Positions 56,271 through 64,000 of a stretch of 64,000 nucleotides of DNA are shown here, piece by piece. The translations under genes were made by a program, and so were the position numbers. Source of the stretch: Pseudomonas sp. (GTDB lineage: Bacteria > Pseudomonadota > Gammaproteobacteria > Pseudomonadales > Pseudomonadaceae). The stretch is taken from positions 536,592-600,591 of the forward strand of contig DAMBIX010000001.1 in the NCBI GenBank assembly GCA_032067765.1, written 5' to 3'. The notes beneath the pieces were generated by a model that saw only the letters and a list, made by a program, of their open reading frames with translations, had not been told where the DNA came from and did not search any database. Each line of letters begins with the position of its first letter. Positions within the stretch are counted from its first letter, which is position 1.

Positions 56271-57952
56271 CAGGCAGCCACCGGAAGGCCAAGGGCCCGA
56301 ACGCTCTCGGTCGCGAGATCCAGTACGCTAGCGCGCGAATCGTCGCGCCGCAGGATTGCACCGCCGTCAAGGTAGTACTCCAGGCTGGTCAAGGCGTCAG
56401 CCAGGGTTTCGAGCATCTGCTCCGGCGGCACCTGCAGGCCCTCGAGCATTTGCCTCTGGATGAAATCAGCACATGCGCCGATCAGTTCGGCAGCGCGATC
56501 CTGCTCGAGAAAACGCAACCCGCCACGAACCGCCATCAAGCTGAAGGGGACGTTGGCCAAGTGCAGCTTCTCTCCGTTGGACTCCAGATAGGCTGTGATC
56601 GCGCGCTTGGCCAAGGCCAGGCCTGCGGTCGCTTCGCCGATGACAACTATGCAAGCTTCGGTGAGCTGATGATTGGCGAAGGCTTCAGCTTCCTGGCCTG
56701 GTTTTGCGATCTGAGGACGCGAATCACGGCGCTCGCCGCGTTCCAGGCTAGCGACCATGCTTTCAACATAGAGCACAGCGTCAGCCAGCTTCAGTAGCGC
56801 CTGTGGATCCGGTTTCTGTTCGGCGCTCCAGCCGGAGACCGTGGCGAGCTGCCCATGCAAGGTGCTCGAGGCGGAAGACAGTCCCACCATTCCCAAGGTT
56901 TTCGCTAGCTTGCCCAGTAGGCTGTGCAGATTGGCGTACGATTCGGCCGGCGCCGTCTGCCGTTCAATGAGGTCCAGCAAATCCTTGAGGCCTGCCAGTT
57001 CTTCACGAATCGCCGATGACAATGAGCGCATTACGGCCTGGCCTGGGCCGGCCAGACGCTGGGATTCATCCTCGAGCAGATGGTCGGTGAAGGGAAGCGA
57101 GCCGAGCGAAAAGATTTCCCGGACCTCCTTCGCCAGGGGCCCGCTGCTTTCCGCCAGCGCAACCAGGTACAACAGCTCCTTGAGCAGCACACGCGGCGGC
57201 TCGTAGGCATTGTTGCTGCTGAGTTGCCGAAGTTCCCGATCGAGCCTGGAAAACAGCTGTTTGCGTGACTGACGCGGCAACAGTTGGCCGTCCAGCTGAG
57301 CCTCCAACGCCGCACTGCCCAACCAACACAGACGACCAGCCTGAGTATTGGCAAACAGCAGATCCAACCGGCCAAGCGCTCGCGCCATGAGTTTGAGACT
57401 CGCCGGGGCATTGTCTTCACGAATGAAACCAAGCAGCCCGATCTGATACATCTGCCGCAATCGTCGCGCTTCGATCACGCGCGCGGCTGGCTCTCGCACC
57501 GCCGCAACCATGGGTGGCCGCGCATGATCGAGCCGGACGCTGAAGAAAAAGCTTTCCGGTAACGGTGACTGCCCACTGACGAGCCGCAGTGCATTGATCG
57601 GCGGCAGAAGCAGTTCGGGCATTTCCTGACGGCTGGCATCGACGCTTTCCAGATAGCGCCCGAGCACGTACAGCGCATTGCTCAGCGCTGCCAGTTGGGC
57701 ATCCCGCTCTTCTCCTGCGCCAACCGGGATGTCAGTCGCCAGCTGCAGGATTTCCTGCGCAAGCAGTTCGGCCCCGGTCAACTCGATGAGCTTGAGAGTG
57801 CCGCGAACCTGTTTGAGATTTTCGACGGCCTGTTGCAGCAGGCTGCCGTTGTTCCGATCGATGATGAAATGCTCGAGGCTCTGCTCGGCTTCCTCCATGG
57901 TTGCGAATAGCTCATCGCGGACCAGGCTGAGTGAAGTAGCTCCAGTAACCAT
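56270..57952 (-). CDS. fimL: FimL-like protein (ChpA N-terminus homologue with Hpt-like domains; regulator of type IV pili and cAMP)
   Basis: 560 aa. Position between the enoyl-CoA hydratase gene and nudC matches P. aeruginosa fimL (from memory). It has an N-terminal Hpt-like helical region. Its stop overlaps the nudC ATG by 1 nt. Confidence 0.65.
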   Translation of the reverse strand: MVTGATSLSLVRDELFATMEEAEQSLEHFIIDRNNGSLLQQAVENLKQVRGTLKLIELTGAELLAQEILQLATDIPVGAGEERDAQLAALSNALYVLGRYLESVDASRQEMPELLLPPINALRLVSGQSPLPESFFFSVRLDHARPPMVAAVREPAARVIEARRLRQMYQIGLLGFIREDNAPASLKLMARALGRLDLLFANTQAGRLCWLGSAALEAQLDGQLLPRQSRKQLFSRLDRELRQLSSNNAYEPPRVLLKELLYLVALAESSGPLAKEVREIFSLGSLPFTDHLLEDESQRLAGPGQAVMRSLSSAIREELAGLKDLLDLIERQTAPAESYANLHSLLGKLAKTLGMVGLSSASSTLHGQLATVSGWSAEQKPDPQALLKLADAVLYVESMVASLERGERRDSRPQIAKPGQEAEAFANHQLTEACIVVIGEATAGLALAKRAITAYLESNGEKLHLANVPFSLMAVRGGLRFLEQDRAAELIGACADFIQRQMLEGLQVPPEQMLETLADALTSLEYYLDGGAILRRDDSRASVLDLATESVRALGLPVAA

Positions 57953-57989
57953 GCCTAGCGCGCCTCCCGCGCAACGATTAGATGGTGCA

Positions 57990-58802
57990 TCAGTCGGCGA
58001 AATCCGGTTTCTGTTTACTCATATGTGCAGCCATGGCGACTTTGAGATCGACTGACTGAAGCATTGCGGCATTCCAGGTGGCGATATACTCGAGACCGTC
58101 ATCGACACGGTGATCACGCATGTAGCGGATCATCTCCTTGGTGCCACGAATCGCCACTGGCGACTTCGCAGCAATATCTGCCGCCAATGCGAATACAGCA
58201 GCCATCAGCGCCGATTGATCGGCATAAGCGCGATTCACCAGGCCCATGGACTGCGCTTCCTGCCCGTCAACGGTACGCCCGGTGTAGGCCAGCTCGCGCA
58301 TCATTCCGTCGCCGATTATTCGCGGCAACCGTTGCAGGGTGCCGACATCCGCCGCCATGCCCATGTCGATCTCCTTAATGGAGAATTGCGCATCGAGGGT
58401 GCTGTAACGCATGTCGCACGCCGCGATCAGATCGATCGCACCACCGATGCAATAACCCTGAATGGCTGCGATAACCGGCTTGCGGCAATTGTCCACCGCA
58501 TTGAACGAGGCTTGAAGCTTGAGGATCTGGCGCCGCAGGCGCTCGGCGTTACGTCCGACATCGGCCCCCATCTGGGTGGCGGCGTGCGCCAACAGCTGCA
58601 AATCGATACCGGCGGAAAAATGCTTGCCCTCACCCGACAGCACCACCACCCGAACGTCGTCCGTATCGTCGATCCATCTGAAAATATCGACGATTTCGCT
58701 CCAGAACGCGGCGTTCATAGCGTTGACCTTGTCAGGTCGGTTGATCGCTACATGGGCGATCTTGTCCTTCAACTCCACACGGAAGGCTTGATACTCGGTC
58801 AC
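57990..58802 (-). CDS. Enoyl-CoA hydratase/isomerase (crotonase) family protein
   Basis: Crotonase fold motifs (VVVLSGEGKHFSAGIDL...). GTG start at 58802 with a GAGGA RBS. The ORF-track N-terminal extension is rejected. Confidence 0.85.
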   Translation of the reverse strand: MTEYQAFRVELKDKIAHVAINRPDKVNAMNAAFWSEIVDIFRWIDDTDDVRVVVLSGEGKHFSAGIDLQLLAHAATQMGADVGRNAERLRRQILKLQASFNAVDNCRKPVIAAIQGYCIGGAIDLIAACDMRYSTLDAQFSIKEIDMGMAADVGTLQRLPRIIGDGMMRELAYTGRTVDGQEAQSMGLVNRAYADQSALMAAVFALAADIAAKSPVAIRGTKEMIRYMRDHRVDDGLEYIATWNAAMLQSVDLKVAMAAHMSKQKPDFAD

Positions 58803-58994
58803 GCTATCATCCTCGACAGCCGAGGCACTCAGTGCCTGAACAGGTTGGACAGCCCCATCAGTGGGACTGTTCTCAGCCGAACAACTATAACAACAGCCGG
58901 GTGAAAGTCGATGCGAGACGTTGTGAAGCAGCCCACGCCCTCGCACATCATCACCTTTGACATCACATACCGGCAGGATTACCGATACGACCCG

Positions 58995-61247
58995 CTATCC
59001 CTCAAGGATGCAATCGACTGTATATCGCGTCCCCTCCAGATGCTCTTCGTGTTGCAACCCATGCACATCGGCGTCGAACCCGGGAAAACGCGCGGCGAAA
59101 CGCTGAGCGAAAGCGAGATAGTCCAGTATCGAACGCGTGTCGGCGGTAAATCGCTCGCCTGGCATGATTAGCGGGATGCCCGGCGGATAAGGCACCAGCA
59201 TTACCGCGGCGATGCGCCCCTCGAGCGCTTCGATGGGTACCGCCTCGACTTCCCCCCGAACCAGCTTGTCATAAGCATCGGCTGGCTTCATCGCCAGTGC
59301 CGGTAAGGCCGTATACATCCTACGCATGGCCTTCGCGGTGGCATTGTCCCGATAGCAGTCGTGCAGCGAATCACATAGATCACGCAAACCCATCCCGACG
59401 TACTGGTTGCCACCAGACTGTACGATGCTCGATAGTGCGTCGCATATCGGCACGTTATTGTCGTAATGCCTTTTAAACTCCAATAGTTCGGTCAATAGCG
59501 TGCTCCATTTCCCCTTGGTGATTCCCATGGAGAACAGCACTAGGATCGAATACAGACCGGTCTTCTCGACAACTAGCCCCCGCTCCCAAAGAAACTTGCT
59601 GACAACCGCAGCAGGAATGCCCCGCTCGCTCAGCTTGCCGCCTGCAGTCAGCCCGGGCGTGACCAGCGTGACCTTGATCGGGTCGAGCAACACGTAGTCG
59701 TCCGCAACCTCGCCGAAACCATGCCAGTCCGCTTCAGGCTCCAGCAGCCAATCACGGGTAACCAACTCATCCGCGCCATCCGCCGCGGAGGGTTGCCAGA
59801 TGCTGAACCACCAATCGTCTGGCGCCAGGTGCTGGCGTAGATTGGCCAGTGCGCGGCGAAAGCTCAGCGCCTCGTCGAAGGTCTCTTGGATCAGGGAGCG
59901 GCCCGCGGGACCTTCCATCATCGCCGAGGCCACGTCGAGCGAGGCGAGGATGCCGTATTGCGGAGACGTCGAGATATGCATCATGAAGGCTTCATTGAAG
60001 CGATCTCGATCCAGCTGCCGCTGTTCACTGTCGAGCACATGGATCATCGAGGCCTGGCTGAAGGCCGCGAGCACCTTATGCGTCGAGTGGGTGGTGAACA
60101 CCAGGGGCCCCTGCTCGCGAGTATCCATCCCATAACGGCCGTCATAGAACTCGTGAAACGCAGCGTAGGCGTACCAGGCCTCGTCAAAGTGCAAGACATC
60201 GACGCTGTTGCCCAGGGTTCGCTTGATCAAATTGGCGTTGTAGCAGAGGCCGTCGTAAGTGGAATTGGTCACCACCGCCAGCTTCACCCTGGCCGGTCGC
60301 CCACGCGCGAGCGGGTTGGCATCAATCTTGGCCTGAATCGATTCCGGAGAGAACTCTTCGAGTGGAATCGGCCCGATGATGCCGAGCTCATTGCGTGACG
60401 GCGTCAGATAGAGCGGAATCGCGCCGGTCATGATGATCGAATGGAGTATCGATTTGTGGCAATTGCGGTCCACCAGCACCAGGTCGTCCCGCGCCACCAT
60501 CGAATGCCAGACGATTTTGTTCGCCGTCGAGGTGCCATTGATGACGAAGAATGTATGGTCCGCACCGAAGTTGCGTGCCGCCCGGGCCTCGGCCGCCGCC
60601 AGCGGTCCAGTGTGATCGAGGAGCGAGCCGAGTTCGGGCACCGACACTGACAAATCGGAACGCAGCGTGTTCTCGCCGAAGAACTGATGAAAGGCCTGCC
60701 CGACCGGGCTCTTGCGGAACGCAACGCCGCCGCCATGGCCCGGCGTGTGCCAGGAATAATTGGAATCGCCGGTGTGCTGAACCAAGGCACGAAAAAACGG
60801 CGGCAACAAGCCATCCAGGTAGCTCCGAGCAGCCCGCGCCACTTGCCGAGCCAGGAACGGAACCGTGTCTTCGAACAGATAGAGCAGCCCGCGCAGCTCG
60901 TTCAGGTCCGCCATCGCTTCGGCCGGAGCATTCTCGATGGTGATCTGCTCACCGAGGGCAAAGATGGGCAACTGCGGTGCGCGCCGCCGTGCGACGCGGA
61001 TCAGCCCCACCACATCCTGTAGCAGCCGCTGATTCTCACCGGCGCCTTCGGCAGCCACCAGGATACAAGCCAGCCCATGGTGCGTAGACGCGACAATGCG
61101 GCCTTCGGCGGCGCTTCCGGTGGGAAGGATATGAAAGCCGTCCCGTTCAAGCTCGGCCGCTATCTCGCGGACCCGCTCACCGGCAACGGTATCGGCTTTG
61201 ATGTCGCGGTGAACAATAAGGATGGGAAACTTGAGGTCTTTGTACAT
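58995..61247 (-). CDS. ldcA: Orn/Lys/Arg decarboxylase family enzyme (LdcA-like lysine decarboxylase)
   Basis: 750 aa with an N-terminal wing domain and a PLP-domain motif (FTTHSTHKVLAAFSQAS). The position matches PAO1 ldcA, from memory. Confidence 0.85.
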   Translation of the reverse strand: MYKDLKFPILIVHRDIKADTVAGERVREIAAELERDGFHILPTGSAAEGRIVASTHHGLACILVAAEGAGENQRLLQDVVGLIRVARRRAPQLPIFALGEQITIENAPAEAMADLNELRGLLYLFEDTVPFLARQVARAARSYLDGLLPPFFRALVQHTGDSNYSWHTPGHGGGVAFRKSPVGQAFHQFFGENTLRSDLSVSVPELGSLLDHTGPLAAAEARAARNFGADHTFFVINGTSTANKIVWHSMVARDDLVLVDRNCHKSILHSIIMTGAIPLYLTPSRNELGIIGPIPLEEFSPESIQAKIDANPLARGRPARVKLAVVTNSTYDGLCYNANLIKRTLGNSVDVLHFDEAWYAYAAFHEFYDGRYGMDTREQGPLVFTTHSTHKVLAAFSQASMIHVLDSEQRQLDRDRFNEAFMMHISTSPQYGILASLDVASAMMEGPAGRSLIQETFDEALSFRRALANLRQHLAPDDWWFSIWQPSAADGADELVTRDWLLEPEADWHGFGEVADDYVLLDPIKVTLVTPGLTAGGKLSERGIPAAVVSKFLWERGLVVEKTGLYSILVLFSMGITKGKWSTLLTELLEFKRHYDNNVPICDALSSIVQSGGNQYVGMGLRDLCDSLHDCYRDNATAKAMRRMYTALPALAMKPADAYDKLVRGEVEAVPIEALEGRIAAVMLVPYPPGIPLIMPGERFTADTRSILDYLAFAQRFAARFPGFDADVHGLQHEEHLEGTRYTVDCILEG

Positions 61248-61359
61248 GAGTGCTTCCTGAAGGCGTTCCCCTTCAGCGTAGAGCCTCCGCCCCCAAGCAC
61301 CAAGCGTGAAATGCTATTGCACCGTGCTGACGCGGCAAAATTTGCGTCAGCGGTAAAGG

Positions 61360-62121
61360 CTAGGCCGGCAAGGCTTCGGCCTCGATTCCAGCGGGCTGCT
61401 CCAGCTGAACCCAGAGCGGTTTCGCACCAGCTGCCTTTTCGATCGCCTGCATGCGCGCCGCATGCGCAGCAACTTCTTCGGTGCTGGCGCGGATCACCGG
61501 TGTGCCAGGCCGATCGGCCGGCAAACGGCGGATCGGCGTTGCCTGCTGGCGGCCGCCATTTTCAGAATCGGCGCCATCACCCGCCAGGGACAGGTTGGTC
61601 TGCCCGCCGGTCATGGTCAGGTAGACGTCAGCGAGAATCTCGGCATCGAGCAGGGCGCCGTGAAGATCGCGGCCCGAATTATCCACACCGTAGCGCTTGC
61701 ACAGTGCATCGAGGCTGTTGCGCTGGCCCGGATGACGCTCGCGGGCCATCAGCAAGGTGTCGAGAACGCTGCAGTGATCGCTCAGTTCGGCGCGATCCTG
61801 CTGCCCAAGCAGGGCGAATTCGTTGTTGATGAAGCCAACGTCGAACGCTGCGTTATGAATGATAAGCTGCGCGCCCTTGATGAACTCGAAGAACTCATCG
61901 GCGACATCCTTGAACCGTGGCTTGTCGGTCAGGAACTCATTGGTGATGCCGTGAACGGCGATTGCGCCCTCGTCCACCTCGCGATCAGGCTGCAGGTATA
62001 CATGATAATGCCGGCCCGTGAGGCGTCGGCCGATGACTTCGACACAACCGATCTCGATGATCCGATGCCCATCGGTCACCGGCATGCCGGTGGTTTCGGT
62101 GTCCAGCACTACGCTACGCAT
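61360..62121 (-). CDS. dnaQ: DNA polymerase III subunit epsilon (3'-5' proofreading exonuclease)
   Basis: Exo I VLDTETTG, Exo II HNAAFDVGF, Exo III HGALLDAEILA. Confidence 0.95.
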   Translation of the reverse strand: MRSVVLDTETTGMPVTDGHRIIEIGCVEVIGRRLTGRHYHVYLQPDREVDEGAIAVHGITNEFLTDKPRFKDVADEFFEFIKGAQLIIHNAAFDVGFINNEFALLGQQDRAELSDHCSVLDTLLMARERHPGQRNSLDALCKRYGVDNSGRDLHGALLDAEILADVYLTMTGGQTNLSLAGDGADSENGGRQQATPIRRLPADRPGTPVIRASTEEVAAHAARMQAIEKAAGAKPLWVQLEQPAGIEAEALPA

Positions 62122-62133
62122 GTTTCAACTCAC

Positions 62134-62586
62134 TCAAGCAGTTTGTCGTTTGGCCTGTACCACGCCGCGATTGGCCAGGATATCGGCGCGTTCGTTTCCA
62201 GGGTGGCCGGCATGTCCGCGCACCCATTGCCAGCTCACCTGGTGGCGGTTGACCTGTTCATCCAACTGGCGCCACAAATCGGCATTCTTCACCGGCTGCT
62301 TGGCAGCGGTCTTCCAGCCACGTTTTTTCCAGTTGGGCATCCAGTCATTGATGCCTTGCATGACGTACTGCGAGTCGGTCACCAGCTTGACTTGGCAAGG
62401 CCTTTTCAGCTCCTCCAATGCGCGAATTGCCGCCATCAGCTCCATTCGGTTATTGGTGGTTTCCGCTTCGCCGCCCCACAGCTCGCGCTCAACGCCCTTA
62501 TAGACAAGCAGCGCGCCCCAGCCCCCGGGACCCGGATTGCCCTTGCAGGCGCCATCCGTATATATCTCGACCGTTTCATCATTCAT
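62134..62586 (-). CDS. rnhA: Ribonuclease HI
   Basis: 150 aa; [17 protein letters not shown]...TNNRMEL...[14 protein letters not shown]. Confidence 0.95.
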   Translation of the reverse strand: MNDETVEIYTDGACKGNPGPGGWGALLVYKGVERELWGGEAETTNNRMELMAAIRALEELKRPCQVKLVTDSQYVMQGINDWMPNWKKRGWKTAAKQPVKNADLWRQLDEQVNRHQVSWQWVRGHAGHPGNERADILANRGVVQAKRQTA

Positions 62587-62603
62587 GAAGGATTACTTGC
62601 CTA

Positions 62604-63359
62604 TTACTGTTCGGCATCGCGGCGGCTGACTTTCGCTACCGGCATCGGCAGTAGTTGGCCCATACGTTCCCGACGGCTCTGCCGCAGAGGACGCAGGCCC
62701 ACCATCAGCTTTCGCGCCACCAGCAGGTAAAAACCGCCGGTAGGCATCTGCAACCGTTGGCCAGCGATTTCCATCCCGGATAATCGCGCCTGCCACTGCC
62801 CCGAAGAAAGCGGCGGACAATAGCACCCGAACCGACGTTTCTCCAGCGCGAATCCGAGCAGGTTCAGCCAGTCACCGACGCGCGTGGGCCGGATGCAGCG
62901 CGCATGGCGAAAGGCCTTGCGCGACAGCAGGCGCGTCGCTCCCCAGGCGCTCCATGGGTTGATGCCCACGATGAGCAAATGCCCGCCCGGCCTGACGCTA
63001 CGCGCCGCCTCGCGCAGCAAGGCGTGGGGCGACAGACTGAAGTCAAGGCCATGCTGAACCACTACGACGTCCGCAGCATGTTCGCCAATCGGCCAGGACT
63101 GCTCTTCGCAAACGATCTCGACGCCGTCAAGCGGTGGCCCCAGCCGGACGCTGCGCTTGATCTTCTGCGGCTCGATCGGCGTATTGGCAAAAGGCCCGTA
63201 ATGCACCAGATAACTGCCGAAACAACGCGACAACTCCTGACTGATCACCCGCTGTTCCTGCTCCAGCAGCTGCCGACCCGATGGACTATCGAACCAGGCG
63301 CTGGCCTCGCTCATCAGCGACAGCCAGCGTTCATCCGATTTGGTACAAGACTCACTCAT
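62604..63359 (-). CDS. Class I SAM-dependent methyltransferase
   Basis: 251 aa in the conserved position between rnhA and gloB, with methyltransferase-like post-I/II motifs (DVVVVQHGLDF...RPGGHLLIVG). Confidence 0.8.
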   Translation of the reverse strand: MSESCTKSDERWLSLMSEASAWFDSPSGRQLLEQEQRVISQELSRCFGSYLVHYGPFANTPIEPQKIKRSVRLGPPLDGVEIVCEEQSWPIGEHAADVVVVQHGLDFSLSPHALLREAARSVRPGGHLLIVGINPWSAWGATRLLSRKAFRHARCIRPTRVGDWLNLLGFALEKRRFGCYCPPLSSGQWQARLSGMEIAGQRLQMPTGGFYLLVARKLMVGLRPLRQSRRERMGQLLPMPVAKVSRRDAEQ

Positions 63360-63471
63360 GGCTAGCCTCCGTTCATCGGCTGGGCCGATCCGATCGGGGC
63401 TACCGATCGGTTCAACTTTCCAATTCGCCTGTTAGGATGCGCTTTTGCTAATGACTTGGCGACCCGTACAT

Positions 63472-64000
63472 ATGTTGAAGATAGAAGCTCTACCCGCCTT
63501 CACCGACAACTACATATGGATGCTCCAGGATCCTGAGCACCGCCTCTGCGCAGCGGTGGACCCGGGCGACGCCGACCCCGTCCAGGCCTGGCTGGATGCC
63601 CGTCCCGACTGGCGCCTGACCGATATCCTGATCACCCATCACCACCATGATCATGTTGGCGGCGTGCAGCAACTCAAGGCCAGCCATGGGGCGACGGTCT
63701 ACGGCCCAGCTACCGAAAACATTCCCGCCAGGGATCATGCCCTGGTCGATGGGCAGCGTATTCGAATACTCGACCACGAACTGGAGGTGATCGAGGTGCC
63801 TGGGCATACCAGCGGCCACATTGCCTACTTTCACGAGGACGTTCAAAACCCCTGGCTGCTAAGTGGCGACACCCTGTTCGCCGCAGGCTGCGGTCGTCTT
63901 TTCGAGGGCACCGCCTCCCAGATGTTCGCATCTTTGCAACGACTGGCGGCATTGCCGGCGCACACCCAGGTGTATTGCACCCATGAATACACCCTGAGCA
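63472..64000 (+). CDS. gloB: Hydroxyacylglutathione hydrolase (glyoxalase II); the 3' end lies outside the window
   Basis: My translation from ATG 63472 is [20 protein letters not shown]...[13 protein letters not shown]...[11 protein letters not shown]. The frame is open to the window end and is absent from the ORF track because no stop codon is reached. Confidence 0.9.
   Translation, partial: MLKIEALPAFTDNYIWMLQDPEHRLCAAVDPGDADPVQAWLDARPDWRLTDILITHHHHDHVGGVQQLKASHGATVYGPATENIPARDHALVDGQRIRILDHELEVIEVPGHTSGHIAYFHEDVQNPWLLSGDTLFAAGCGRLFEGTASQMFASLQRLAALPAHTQVYCTHEYTLS

Noticed and set aside
1-64000. CRISPR arrays, rRNA genes, intact IS elements, prophage or defence-island gene sets
   Set aside because: Reading both strands showed no regularly spaced direct repeats, no rRNA-like sequence, no intact transposase or integrase, and no recognisable restriction, Cas, reverse-transcriptase, STAND/NLR or CBASS-type genes.

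Overview
High-GC gammaproteobacterial chromosome. Gene content and order indicate Pseudomonas sensu lato, and from memory the order matches the P. aeruginosa PAO1 blocks PA1796->PA1787 and about PA1847->PA1813. Most of the window is ordinary core genome: a tRNA Arg-His-Leu operon, folD, cysS-glnS, ppiB-lpxH, miaE, a tandem-USP gene, acnB, ybiT, uppP, an MCP, nfuA, metH, cysI plus a DUF934 gene, sohB, nudC, fimL-like, ldcA-like, dnaQ-rnhA and gloB. Accessory or atypical parts are listed in order.

1. nt 1-2738, next to the 3' end of tRNA-Leu: a MurJ-like flippase fragment, an Xre(DUF2384)/RES toxin-antitoxin pair, a GFA-family gene and a possible GFA remnant.
2. nt 4289-12319: a sigma-54-controlled six-gene ABC importer with a DUF2160 component and a divergent GAF-AAA+ activator. 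A readable -24/-12 promoter and a TGTTCA/TGAACA enhancer array are present.
3. An integrase 3' remnant and an IS3-family transposase remnant bracket ybiT.
4. nt 28.6-31.8 kb: small uncharacterised genes (two paralogous ~90-aa proteins, a 93-aa protein, a DUF421 protein with a zinc ribbon, a 54-aa ORF) followed by a type IB topoisomerase.
5. nt 42.2-45.7 kb: an RlmN/Cfr-like radical-SAM paralogue, a cytoplasmic LRR plus non-RD Ser/Thr-kinase fusion, and small membrane proteins.

The least-explained items are the LRR-kinase neighbourhood, the small-paralogue/DUF421 cluster, a long nested-hairpin 5' leader of acnB, and a 32-aa micro-ORF whose Shine-Dalgarno lies inside a composite hairpin. A TauE/SafE gene carries a 1-nt frameshift in a G-run. 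No rRNA genes or CRISPR arrays were seen. All calls come from reading the sequence and the ORF translations. No database search or numerical computation was run, and family names are my recognition of motifs.
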